A DNA stretch of 42,804 nucleotides from a virus (IMGVR_UViG_3300042262_000097:1-42804); one strand, 5' to 3'. Shown: positions 7,466 to 16,820, counted from the first letter of the stretch. The notes: generated by a model from the letters alone, not told the origin. Made by a program: numbers and translations.

Positions 7466-8650
7466 ATGTCCGGCCCGCGCCCCCAATATAGCCTTGAGCA
7501 GATCAAGGACATGCTGCTGGCGCAGATCGACAGCGTGGTGGACCGCTATGCGCCCACCGCGCCCGGCGCCTATATCGACAAGGGCGCCTATTTCACGCTC
7601 AACCCCGGCCGGGCAGACCGCAACGTCGGTTCGTTTTGCATTCGCCTTTCGGGGCCGAAGGAGGGCCGGTGGAACGATTATGCCACCGGCCAGTTCGGCG
7701 ATCTGCTGGACCTGATTGCCCTGTCCTGCGGCCTGTCCAATGCCGACGCGATCCGCGAGGCGCGCGCCTTTCTGGGGCTGGATACCGAGACGCCCGAGCT
7801 TCGCCGCAGCCGCGAGAAATCGGCGGCCGAGGCGAAGGCAAGGCGCGAGGCGGCGGCGCGGCGTGACGCCGATCTGTCTGCCCGCAAGCGCAGGCGGGCC
7901 GCTGCCCTGTGGCTGTCGGCCGAGGAACATATCGCAGGCACGCCTGTCGAGCATTACCTGGCTGCCCGCGCGATTGATCTGCGCGCCCTGGGCGCCGCCC
8001 CGCGCGCCCTGCGGTTTCACCCGGATTGCACCTATGCCCACCGGGAAGACGACCCGGAAACCGGCGAGGTTTTCGAGGTGCAGACCCGCCTGCCCGCCAT
8101 GCTGTCGGCGATCTGCGACGGCGCGGGCGAGATTGTCGGCTGTCACCGGACCTATTTGCAGATCCAGCCCGGCGGGCTGTGGGGCAAGGCGCGCATCGCC
8201 TCGCCCCGCGATCCGGGTGCGATCCTGCCCGCCAAGAAGGTGTTGGGCGATTTCGCGGGCGGCGCGATCCGGCTGGGCAATGGCATCGGGCCGAAGGGCG
8301 GCAAGGCCGCGCCTCTGGCAGCCTGCCCGCCCGGCACCCGTGTTTATCTGGCCGAAGGGATCGAGACGGCCCTGTCCGCGCGCATCCTGCGCCCGGATGC
8401 CCGCGTGCTGGCGGCTGTCAGCCTGTCGAACATGGGGGCCGTCGATCTGCCCGCCAATGTCGCCGAAGTGGTGCTGATCACCGACGGCGACACCCACCCG
8501 CAGGCTGTGGCCGCGCTGGAACGGGCCGTGCAGGCCCATGCCGCGCGCGGCCGCGCCGTCCGCCTGTGGCGCAGCTATCGCCCCGGCGAAGACCTGAATG
8601 ATGCGCTGATGCGCGCAAAGAAGCAGCAAGAAGAGGAAGAGCGGACATGA
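7466..8650 (+). CDS. TOPRIM-domain DNA primase
   Basis: WNDYATGQFGDLLDLI N-domain, GCHRTYL, LAEGIETALS (TOPRIM Glu), ITDGD, GEDLND. Confidence 0.88.
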   Translation: MSGPRPQYSLEQIKDMLLAQIDSVVDRYAPTAPGAYIDKGAYFTLNPGRADRNVGSFCIRLSGPKEGRWNDYATGQFGDLLDLIALSCGLSNADAIREARAFLGLDTETPELRRSREKSAAEAKARREAAARRDADLSARKRRRAAALWLSAEEHIAGTPVEHYLAARAIDLRALGAAPRALRFHPDCTYAHREDDPETGEVFEVQTRLPAMLSAICDGAGEIVGCHRTYLQIQPGGLWGKARIASPRDPGAILPAKKVLGDFAGGAIRLGNGIGPKGGKAAPLAACPPGTRVYLAEGIETALSARILRPDARVLAAVSLSNMGAVDLPANVAEVVLITDGDTHPQAVAALERAVQAHAARGRAVRLWRSYRPGEDLNDALMRAKKQQEEEERT

Positions 8651-8880
8651 TTACCGGATCGCAAAAGCAGGCGCTGAAATGGCTGCAAGATCGCGGTGGC
8701 GATGCCGCCTTTGATCGAAACGGTGTAGCGATAGCCCGAGGCGAAACAGCGCCACACGTTCGCGGCACATGGAACAAGCTCAGCGTTGCCGGGCTGGTCG
8801 AATATTATAACCCGTCAGGTAAAGGGCGCGGTCGTATGCGCCTGACCGATGCGGGCCGCGACCTTTCGCAATCCGCCTGA
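8647..8880 (+). CDS. Small winged-helix-like protein
   Basis: ...LSVAGLVE...RLTDAGR; coupled to the primase, GAGGA upstream. Confidence 0.6.
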   Translation: MITGSQKQALKWLQDRGGDAAFDRNGVAIARGETAPHVRGTWNKLSVAGLVEYYNPSGKGRGRMRLTDAGRDLSQSA

Positions 8881-8892
8881 GGCGCCCCCATC

Positions 8893-9222
8893 ATGCCCGG
8901 AAATGGATACGGTGGTTACCGCACTACCGTCGAAAAAATGATGCGCGAACACGATGCCCTGCCTCGCCACCTGCGGCTACTGGATTGCTACACGGTGGCG
9001 AAATGGGCGGGTGGCAGCCTGCCCCGCGCATGGGCCGATACCCCCCCCCAATTGCCACCGGGCGAACGTCTGCGCCGCGTCGCGGCCCGCATCGCGGCGC
9101 TGGATGCCGAAGACACATTCCGTGACTACGGCCCGGCACATCCCGAATGCCCGGCTTCCTTGCACGGCAAACGTGCGCCCAAAAATGCGTGGTGGAATAC
9201 CCGCCGCAAGGTGCGCAAATGA
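8893..9222 (+). CDS. Hypothetical phage protein
   Basis: 109-aa ORF (MREHDALP motif); stop overlaps the helicase ATG. Confidence 0.55.
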   Translation: MPGNGYGGYRTTVEKMMREHDALPRHLRLLDCYTVAKWAGGSLPRAWADTPPQLPPGERLRRVAARIAALDAEDTFRDYGPAHPECPASLHGKRAPKNAWWNTRRKVRK

Positions 9223-11316
9223 GTGGTGAAGCCGATCCGCTTGACGCATGGCTGGCTGATACATCGTGGATGAGCGACCCGGCGCCGCCCCCGCGTGCTG
9301 TGGGCGCGGCGGCTCATAAGCCAGCGGCCCCCAAGAAGCCACCGGCCCGCCCCGTTGCAGGCAAGAAACCTGCCGCCCCGCAAAGCCCTGTCGACAAGCT
9401 GGCGGCCGAGCTGGACGCCGCGCCCATGGCGGCCGATCCGCAGGAACCGCCGGGCGCCGGGCTGGACCCGCCCGAGGATGCGCCGCAGCGCCCGCGTGGC
9501 GGCGACAGCGCCGGGCCTTCAGTCGGAGACGCCCCGCCGCCGCGCGGCCGGGAAAAGCGGCCCACCGGCGAAATCTGGAAGGGCTGCCCCGTCCGCCCGC
9601 TCGGGGTCAATGGCGGTGCCGCCTATTACCTGGACGTCCACGGCCAGATGCGGCCCATCGTCAAGCATGACGCGCAGTCGATCATGTCACTTTTCGGCAA
9701 GAAAATCCCATCGCTGTGCTTTGCCTTCCCCCAGTTTGACAAGGACGGCAACCGCAAGCCGCATCGGTTCGACCAGACCGGCGCGGCCATGGACATGATG
9801 GCCGCCGCATCGGAACGCGGGCTGTTTGACCCCGATGGATCGGTGCGCGGCGTCGGTGCATGGCGCGATGATGACGGGCAGCTGATCTATCACACCGGCG
9901 ACCGGCTGATATTGCCCGAGGGCGAGACGGACCCGCAGACCCATCACGGCCGCATCTATCCGGCCTACCCGCCGATCCCGCACCCGGCGCCGCCCGATCT
10001 GGCCGCCGATCCGGTGCCAGAGCTGCGCGCGCTTCTGGGCACATGGAACTGGGCGCGGCCCGACATTGATCCGATGATCTGTCTGGGCATGATCGGCATT
10101 CAGATGCTGGGCGGTGCGCTGGACTGGCGCCCGACCTTCTGGCTCACCGGCGCGCGCGCGTCCGGGAAATCGACCTTCCAGAAGTTGATCGAGCTGCTGC
10201 ATGGACCAAAAGGGCATGGTGCAATCGTCAGACGCGACCAAGAGCGGCATCACCGCGCGGCTGGGCCATTCCAGCCTGCCCGTCGGGCTGGACGAGCTGG
10301 AACCCGGTGACGAGGGCAGCGGCAAGGAAAAGGCGATCATTGATCTGGCCCGCATCGCATCCAGCGGTGGCCAGTGGTTTCGCGGCACGGCCGACCAGAA
10401 GGGCGCCAGCGGCAACGTCTACAGCGCCTTCATGTTTTCTTCGATCCTGATCCCCGGCGCCCTGAACGCCGCCGATCTGTCGCGCCTGATCATCCTCAGC
10501 CTCAATTCATTCGCCGAGGATGCCCCCGCGCCCCCACCCCTGCGGGCCGAAACATGGCGCAAGAGGGGCGCGGCCCTGAAGCGCATCCTCATGTCGCGCT
10601 GGTCCGGCTGGGCCGACCGGCTGGACCTCTGGCGCGAGGCGCTGGCGAAACACCGGATCACCGGACGGAATGCCGACAACTGGGCCACGATCCTCGCCAT
10701 GGCCGATATGGCGCAATCGGCCGACATGCCCACCGCCGCCGCGATGGACGGCTGGGCGCGCAAGGTGGCGCGATGGGTGGCCGCTGACCTGGGCGAGCTG
10801 GGGACGGATGCCGACGCCCTTGTCACCCGCCTGTTGACCCAGAAATTCGAGCCATTCAAGGGGCGCGAGGGCTACACCGTGGCGCAGTGGCTCATGGTGG
10901 CCGCTGCCCTGCCCGGCGCCCCGCCGATCCTTGGCAACGAGGGCGCCAACCAGAAAGACCCGGACGCCCTGCGCGACTATGCCCGCAAGGCCAACCTGAA
11001 GTTGGCGACCATCGGCCTGCGCGTGATCGGCGAAGGGCCGGAAGCCGCGCTATTTATTGCCAACAAGCCGGTGCAGGGCCTGCTGGACCTGTTCCGGGGC
11101 ACGGTATGGGCCGGAGGCGCGTGGAAGCAATCGGCTGCCCGCGTCAAGGGGGCCTATGTGGAAGATATTACCCGGACCCTTGCCGGTGTCGGCACGCGCG
11201 GCGTGAACATTCCATTCGCATCCATGCCCGGCCTGATCAGCGATCAGGACCGCGATGCCCGCGCGCAGGCCGCCGCAGCAGCCCCGATGCCCGAAGGTAT
11301 GGAGGATTTCGCATGA
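9219..11316 (+). pseudogene. Primase-associated P-loop helicase, split by a +1 frameshift at AAAA 10208-10211
   Basis: Walker A GARASGKST in ORF 9219-10310 and Walker B LPVGLDE in ORF 10201-11316; deleting one A gives a continuous ...LLHGPKGMVQSS... protein of 698 aa. Confidence 0.8.
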
Positions 11317-11441
11317 CGCGAGCCGCCCGTCTTTCTAGGCCCCTGAAATCCCCGGTTTCTTTGTGCTGGCCCGCACCCCGCAGGATGCCTATAATTCACA
11401 GGGCGGGATGCCCCCTTGGGCCTGCGGGTCAGGGGGGAAAC

Positions 11442-11728
11442 CACAACACCACAACGATTGGCCGAAGCGCCGTTGTGGAAAATGTTGTGAAAATCATCCA
11501 TAAAAATCAACGATTTAAGCCGTTTCACAACACCACAACGGCTTTCGCGCGCGCGTATGCGCGTCACGCGCGCGCGGCTATGCGCATGCGCCTGCGCGCG
11601 ATCACACGCGAGAGAGCGGCGTTGTGGCGTTGTATCGTTGTGGTTTTCTCTATCTGCCTGAAAAGAAAAGAGAAAATCATGGATATTTTCACAACGAAAT
11701 CCACAACGGGCCACAAAGCGGCGTTGTG
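11442..11728. repeat. Iteron-like CACAAC/GTTGTG array, putative replication origin
   Basis: 11 exact hexamers (11442, 11450, 11472, 11484, 11526, 11534, 11621, 11637, 11690, 11702, 11723) plus 2 variants, AT-rich patches, IHF consensus AATCAACGATTTA at 11505-11517. Confidence 0.7.
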
Positions 11729-11798
11729 GAAATCAACCGTCGCTGTCCGATATGACCGCAAGTCCCTGAAAACACTGCAAAAGGGGGGTTTTTGACCC

Positions 11799-12431
11799 AT
11801 GGCAAAGCCCAATTCCAAGTTTGATGAACTGGCCCGCGATGCCGCCGAGCGGATCGAGGCGGCGCGCGATGCCGGGCAGCAGCTCACCTTCCTGCCGGAC
11901 GAGCCTGCGCCGGGTGACAGCGAGCGGGCGAAGCGCGGCAAGGGCAAGGCTACGTCGCAGCTGCGCGACTGGTGCGCGGCGCGCGGCCTGCGGATGCCGG
12001 AAGATGTGCTGATCGAGATGGCGGGCATGGCCTCGACCGAAGACGCCTTTCTGACCGCCATGGCGCGCACCGAAGCGGTGCTGACGTGGGCCGAAGCGGG
12101 CGCGACGGGCTACAAGGGCAGCCCGTCCGCGCCCAGCACGGCGCAGCGGCTGGCGACGTTCCAGTTCATCTTCACGGCCCAGCTTCGGGCCGCCGAAGCT
12201 CTTCTGCCCTTCGGTCTGGGCAAGGTGACGCCGGATGTGGCGGTGACGCAGGCTGTCCAGGTGATAATGCCGGGCGCCGCGCCGCCTGCCAGCGGGCCGA
12301 TGACCGCCCGCGACGTGACGCCCAAGCCCGGCCAGATCGCCCCGCCGCCCATGCCGCACCAAATGCAGCAAAATCAAAAGGTTAGCAAAGGCGCGCCGCG
12401 CGATGCGGACGGCAATTCGCGGACGGAATAA
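11799..12431 (+). CDS. terS: Putative terminase small subunit
   Basis: 210-aa helical/basic protein immediately upstream of terL; positional call. Confidence 0.55.
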   Translation: MAKPNSKFDELARDAAERIEAARDAGQQLTFLPDEPAPGDSERAKRGKGKATSQLRDWCAARGLRMPEDVLIEMAGMASTEDAFLTAMARTEAVLTWAEAGATGYKGSPSAPSTAQRLATFQFIFTAQLRAAEALLPFGLGKVTPDVAVTQAVQVIMPGAAPPASGPMTARDVTPKPGQIAPPPMPHQMQQNQKVSKGAPRDADGNSRTE

Positions 12432-12657
12432 GCAACATGCGGAAATCATTGGAAAAATTCGGCACTTTCTGGTTGATCGAAAATCAACCGCCTCGCCCTG
12501 CCAGCCCCTCGGCCAGCGCCGTTCGGCAGGCCACCCCCCCTTTCGTGGCCCCCGTGAACGGATGCGGAACGCGACCCCGGGGGGGCATCCCGCGCGCAAT
12601 CTCGCTCCCCCGCTGTGTGACCCCATGCAGCCCTTTCGGGGCTTTGGAGGTTCGGGC

Positions 12658-14520
12658 ATGGGCGTGAAACCTTGGGAAGCCGAACGGGGTCAGGGGGTGC
12701 GGCCAGTCTTTGCCGCAGCGGGAGAGCCGCGCGCCACGGGTGGGGGGCTGTCTGAGGATCAGGTGGACCGCCTGCTTGGTCTGAACGCAAGCGAAGCGGT
12801 TGCCAGCCTAGACCTGCCGAATGCCGCTGACAAGATGCCCGATGCAGAGGGCGGCACCTTCCCCGGCCCCATCGCCGAAGCGATGTTCTGGGACGACGCC
12901 GATATTGTTGGCATTCAGGGGCCGGTCGGATCGGGCAAGACCACAACCACCCTGAAATCCCGCCTGCGCCGCGCGGTGATGATGCCCCGCAGCACGCGCG
13001 ATCTGTTCACCCCGGACGCGAGTGCCGAATTTGGCTGGCGCCCGCTGACCGAAGATGAACGCAAGGCCCAGCCCGATCTGCTGGCGCGCGGTGTGCCGGT
13101 TGCAGGTATCCGCCGGTATAAGCTGCTGGCCATTCGTGAAACCTACCGTCAGCTGTGGTCCACGACGATCCCCAGCTATCTGGAAACCTTCCCCAAGCAC
13201 TTCGGCGAGTGGTCAGGCGGCCGTGGCGATCCGGTGCGGCATGTCATGCGCTTTGACGACGGGTTGGGGCCTATCGAGTTCACAACCGAGTTCATGGCCT
13301 TCGGCGATGACGTCATTGCCGCCATGCGCGGCGTCCAGACCACCGACATCTGGCTGAACGAGGCTGACACCGTGCCGGTCGAGGTGCTGATTACCGGGAT
13401 CGGCCGGATTGACCGCTGGCCCGGCGCCTCGCATTTCGAGGGCTATCCCATCGAAATGCAGGGCTATGGGCAAATCGTCTGCGACTTCAACGCGCCGGAC
13501 GAGGAAAATTACACCTACGGCACCTTCCACGACGAAGCCAAGCGCGAGGAAATGGCCGAGGCGCTGAGCCGCGATCTGCCGGAAGGTGCCCGCCGCATCC
13601 GCATCACCTTCCACAACCAGCCGGGCTATGGCGAACCGGGGTGCGAGAACCTGCAAAACCTGTCGCCCAGCTACTACCCGCGCCAGATTGCCGCCATGCG
13701 GCTGAACGGGCGCGGCGATATGATCGACCGGCTGGTCTACAACAAGATCGTCTACCTGCGGGCGGGCGATCCGGTGTTCCGGCGCGAGTTCAACAAGCGC
13801 ATCCATGTGGCCGAGGCGCAGATCCCGGTGGAACAGGGCGTGCCGCTTCGCATCGGGCTTGACCAGGGCTTGCGCGGTGCCGCCGTGGTGGCGCAGTTCC
13901 TGCCGCCCTTCCACTGGCGCATCCTTGCCGAGCTGCATTTCCCCGATGCCCGCCTTCTGGCCGTGACCTTTGGCCAGCGGCTGACCGATCTGCTGGAAGG
14001 CCCGCGCTTTGCCGGGCATCGCGTGGAAGGCGGCTGGGGCGACATGGCGGGCGAACAGGGATCATCCTTGGCGGCCGATGAGAACGCCACCTGGAACAAG
14101 GCTGTGGGCACCGCCTGCGGCTTCCGTGTCCGGCCCCAGAAGATCGGCACCAACCGCATTCAGCCGCGGCTGGAAGCGGTGCGCGCGCCGCTGGAATTCA
14201 TGCACGGGGGCCAACCCGGCCTGTTGATCGACCCCGGTTGCAAGTTCCTGATCCGGGGTTTTCAGGCCCGCTATGTCTGGGCCGATGAAATCGACGCCTC
14301 GGGCGACAAGCGCAAGGTGCCGAACAAGAAACTGACCGAGGCCAATGTGATGGACGCGCTGCAATACCTGCTGCTGTCCGAAGGCAAGCCCTCGGGCCTT
14401 TCCAAATTCTCCTTCCCCGGCGCGGGCGCTGCCCCGTCGGAGCTGCCGCGCGGCCAAGGCCGCGCCCCTGCCGGTGGGCTGCAAACCGGCTTCGACGTGA
14501 CAAACCCTTATGGAGACTGA
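12658..14520 (+). CDS. terL: Terminase large subunit
   Basis: Walker A GPVGSGKT, WLNEAD, DFNAP coupling motif, nuclease IGLDQG...MDALQY; exact start uncertain. Confidence 0.9.
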   Translation: MGVKPWEAERGQGVRPVFAAAGEPRATGGGLSEDQVDRLLGLNASEAVASLDLPNAADKMPDAEGGTFPGPIAEAMFWDDADIVGIQGPVGSGKTTTTLKSRLRRAVMMPRSTRDLFTPDASAEFGWRPLTEDERKAQPDLLARGVPVAGIRRYKLLAIRETYRQLWSTTIPSYLETFPKHFGEWSGGRGDPVRHVMRFDDGLGPIEFTTEFMAFGDDVIAAMRGVQTTDIWLNEADTVPVEVLITGIGRIDRWPGASHFEGYPIEMQGYGQIVCDFNAPDEENYTYGTFHDEAKREEMAEALSRDLPEGARRIRITFHNQPGYGEPGCENLQNLSPSYYPRQIAAMRLNGRGDMIDRLVYNKIVYLRAGDPVFRREFNKRIHVAEAQIPVEQGVPLRIGLDQGLRGAAVVAQFLPPFHWRILAELHFPDARLLAVTFGQRLTDLLEGPRFAGHRVEGGWGDMAGEQGSSLAADENATWNKAVGTACGFRVRPQKIGTNRIQPRLEAVRAPLEFMHGGQPGLLIDPGCKFLIRGFQARYVWADEIDASGDKRKVPNKKLTEANVMDALQYLLLSEGKPSGLSKFSFPGAGAAPSELPRGQGRAPAGGLQTGFDVTNPYGD

Positions 14521-14524
14521 ACCG

Positions 14525-14722
14525 ATGAACCGACTGCTGAAATGGTTCCGCTTCGCGCATCTGCCGCAGCACCTGCAAGAGGTCAGCGCGCCCTGTGCCG
14601 AGCTGGCCACGAAGATGGACGAAGCCTTGCCCGAAAGCGCGGAAAAGACCGCCGGGATGCGCAAGCTGCTGGAAGCCAAAGACTGCTTCGTCCGCGCGAA
14701 GCTGGAAAGCATGGAGGGCTGA
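14525..14722 (+). CDS. Small helical-hairpin protein, possibly Acb2/Tad1-hairpin-like
   Basis: FxFxHLP.HLQEVS.P..ELA...LP..AEK.AGMRKLLEAKD..VRA; GGAG RBS; the link to the sponge family is recalled, not verified. Confidence 0.5.
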   Translation: MNRLLKWFRFAHLPQHLQEVSAPCAELATKMDEALPESAEKTAGMRKLLEAKDCFVRAKLESMEG

Positions 14723-14725
14723 CGA

Positions 14726-15016
14726 ATGGATTTCGGAGAAGCAATCCGCGCCCTGAAGGCCGGAAAAATGGTGGCCCGCGCGGGCTGGAACGGCAAGGGC
14801 ATGTGGCTGGCAATGACGCCCGGCAGCACCTTCCCCGCCTGCTACGCCAAAGACGGGCACGCGGCCAAACACCGCGCCGCCGAAGTTGGCAGCGAGGGCG
14901 AAATCACCCTGTTGCCGCATATCGACATGCGCGCGGCTGACGGCAGCATGGTCATCGGCTGGCTGGCAAGCCAGACCGACATGCTGGCGGAAGACTGGGA
15001 AGAAGTGGAGTTCTGA
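14726..15016 (+). CDS. tad2: Tad2-like (DUF2829) anti-defence nucleotide sponge
   Basis: Family signature MDFGEAIRALKAGKMVARAGWNGKGMWL...PHIDM...GWLASQTDMLAEDW. Confidence 0.85.
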   Translation: MDFGEAIRALKAGKMVARAGWNGKGMWLAMTPGSTFPACYAKDGHAAKHRAAEVGSEGEITLLPHIDMRAADGSMVIGWLASQTDMLAEDWEEVEF

Positions 15017-15018
15017 CC

Positions 15019-15312
15019 ATGCCCATGTTCCGTAAAAAGCCGGTCGTGATCGAGGCGCTTCACTACACCGGCGACAACGTGCTGGAAGCGCTTCACTACA
15101 CCGGCAAACACCCGAGCTGGGACAAGTGGTTCACCTCGGAAGAACAGTATGCCGCGCATGTTCGCGCCGACCGTGGTGCGTTTCGCATCATCACCCTTGA
15201 AGGCGTGATGGAGGCAATGCCCGGCGACTGGATCATCAAGGGCGTGCAGGGCGAGTTTTACCCCTGCAAGCCCGACATCTTCAACGCAACTTATGACCCG
15301 ATGGAGGGCTGA
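15019..15312 (+). CDS. Widespread phage protein (RKKPVVIEA...GEFYPCKPDIF family), candidate Acb4-like sponge
   Basis: FRKKPVVIEA, TLEG, PGDWIIKGVQGEFYPCKPDIFNATY; internal 18-bp duplication (15055-15072 / 15088-15105). Confidence 0.55.
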   Translation: MPMFRKKPVVIEALHYTGDNVLEALHYTGKHPSWDKWFTSEEQYAAHVRADRGAFRIITLEGVMEAMPGDWIIKGVQGEFYPCKPDIFNATYDPMEG

Positions 15313-15315
15313 CAC

Positions 15316-15831
15316 ATGGCCAAGACGAAACCCGATACCGCCGCCGAGGTCGAAGTGACCGAAACGGACATCCCCGAACTGGCCCCGGCCGAGGGGGTGA
15401 ATGCCCATGGCATCGGCCCCGACACCGACGGCGGGCCGAACCCGGATTACCAACCGGACACCCCGGACGATCCCGATGCGGATGTGCCGGGCGACGGCGA
15501 TCCGCTGGCCGATCCCGGCGCGGCCGATCCCGATACGGATGCGACGGGCGGCGGCGATCCGCTGGCCGATCCCGCCGAAAACGCGCCGGACTTCGCGCAG
15601 ATCGACGCGGCCCGCCTGCCCCGCCTGCTGGAAGCGGTTGCCGCCCGCAACACCGATGCCCACCGCGAAGCCCTGTGGGCCGAGCTGGAACGCGATCACG
15701 GCGCCAGCCTTGAAAACGGCCGGCTGTTCCTCGCGGGCGTCAGCGGTGCGGGCACCGGCACGGCGAAAAGCCTGCTGGACAACTGGGCCAACGCGGCACG
15801 CCGCAAGCTGATGGAGCTGGGCAATGTCTGA
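15316..15831 (+). CDS. Protein with acidic Asp/Pro-rich disordered N-terminus
   Basis: DTPDDPDADVPGDGDPLADP...; 23-bp repeat at 15495-15517 / 15552-15574; GGAGG RBS. Confidence 0.7.
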   Translation: MAKTKPDTAAEVEVTETDIPELAPAEGVNAHGIGPDTDGGPNPDYQPDTPDDPDADVPGDGDPLADPGAADPDTDATGGGDPLADPAENAPDFAQIDAARLPRLLEAVAARNTDAHREALWAELERDHGASLENGRLFLAGVSGAGTGTAKSLLDNWANAARRKLMELGNV

Positions 15832-16039
15832 AAGTCTGCATCTGGCCCCGTTTGACAAGACCAAGCGGATTGAACTCATCCCTGCATCGAATGGCGGATG
15901 GGTGGTTTCTGCGGTGCCCGACGATCCCCGCATGATGCACGGCATCATCGGCGCCTTCAGCAACAGTTACGACCTGCTGGTCGCGCTGACCAAGGCGCTC
16001 ACCCCGTCCGGTGATGACAAGGAGGCCCCCCATGTCTGA
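15824..16039 (+). CDS. Hypothetical protein
   Basis: 71 aa, IELIPASNGGWVV motif; overlaps both neighbours. Confidence 0.65.
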   Translation: MSESLHLAPFDKTKRIELIPASNGGWVVSAVPDDPRMMHGIIGAFSNSYDLLVALTKALTPSGDDKEAPHV

Positions 16040-16274
16040 CCCCAACACCGCGACCGCCGACGAAATCCGCCAGTTCGTCGAGCGAGTCGAGCAGCTGGAA
16101 AGCGAAAAGAAGGACATCGCCGACCAGATCAGCGAAACCTTCGCCGAAGCCAAGGGCCGGGGCTATGACGTCAAGGCGCTGCGCGCCATCATCGCCCTGC
16201 GCCGGAAGGACAAGGATCAGGTCGCCGAGGAAGAGGCCGTGCTTGAAATCTACAAGCAGGCGCTGGGGATGTGA
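16032..16274 (+). CDS. gapR: GapR / DUF2312 nucleoid-associated protein
   Basis: EIRQFVERVEQLESEKKDIADQI.E.FAEAKGRGYDVKALRAIIALR...LEIYKQALGM; AAGGAGG RBS. Confidence 0.92.
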   Translation: MSDPNTATADEIRQFVERVEQLESEKKDIADQISETFAEAKGRGYDVKALRAIIALRRKDKDQVAEEEAVLEIYKQALGM

Positions 16275-16810
16275 TGACCCTGCACCTCGCCCCCTTTGAA
16301 GACCTTGCCGCGAAAGTGGTTTTCGACCGGCTGGACGTGAACGACCATCTGGAATGCGAGCTTGTGCGCGGGCAACCCGCGACCTCGCTTGCGCTCTGGG
16401 CCGACTGGCGTTCGGTCGAGCCGTTGCGGCTGGCCTCTTTCGTGGTTCATGCGGGCGGGGTGCCCTTCGCTGTCTTCGGTCTGTCCCATACGGGGCAGGC
16501 CGGGGTCGCGGCGGCCGCCTTGCTGGCCCGCGATCATGCCCGTTTCCGCTTGCCGCTGGCGCGGCTGGCGCTGACCATCCGCCGCCACCTGCCCGCCTTC
16601 GCGGCTGAACGCGGCGTTCACCGGATCGAGGCGCGCAGCTGGGACGAACACCCCATGGCGCCACGCCTGTTGTGCGGTCTCGGGTTCCGCACCGAATGCC
16701 GGATGCCCGGATTTGGCTTGACCGGCGCCCATGTTTTCCGACAATGGGCGTGGCTGGCGGCCGAACACCCGCCCGCCCCTGTTTCCGCTTGCCAAGACCA
16801 CCGGGAATAG
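16274..16810 (+). CDS. GNAT-fold protein (T7 gp13-like)
   Basis: PFAVFG, HRIEARS..H..A.RLL..LGF..E C-terminal GNAT motif. Confidence 0.65.
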   Translation: MTLHLAPFEDLAAKVVFDRLDVNDHLECELVRGQPATSLALWADWRSVEPLRLASFVVHAGGVPFAVFGLSHTGQAGVAAAALLARDHARFRLPLARLALTIRRHLPAFAAERGVHRIEARSWDEHPMAPRLLCGLGFRTECRMPGFGLTGAHVFRQWAWLAAEHPPAPVSACQDHRE

Positions 16811-16820
16811 GAGCTACCCC

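Noticed and set aside
6398-8629. Long antisense ORFs (also 16868-18736, 28295-30271, 1787-2974 and others)
   Set aside because: Shadow frames of well-supported genes in high-GC DNA; no motifs or RBS
10205-10216. Programmed -1 frameshift at A AAG GGC
   Set aside because: Joining the two helicase halves needs +1, and the heptamer is not in the upstream reading frame
11442-11728. CRISPR or mini-array
   Set aside because: Repeats are only 6-8 bp, in both orientations and irregularly spaced; no cas genes
10887-11795. 302-aa ORF across the helicase end and repeat array
   Set aside because: Overlaps the helicase out of frame; its HNTTT/VV repeats simply reflect the DNA iterons
13348-13368. TerL Walker B reading WLNE rather than hhDE as a sign of inactivation
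   Set aside because: The catalytic Glu is present and I recall NE variants in related terminases; not evidence of a defect
15055-15105. 18-bp direct repeat as a recombination or regulatory site
   Set aside because: In-frame intragenic duplication (EALHYTG twice, 33-bp period) with no further copies seen
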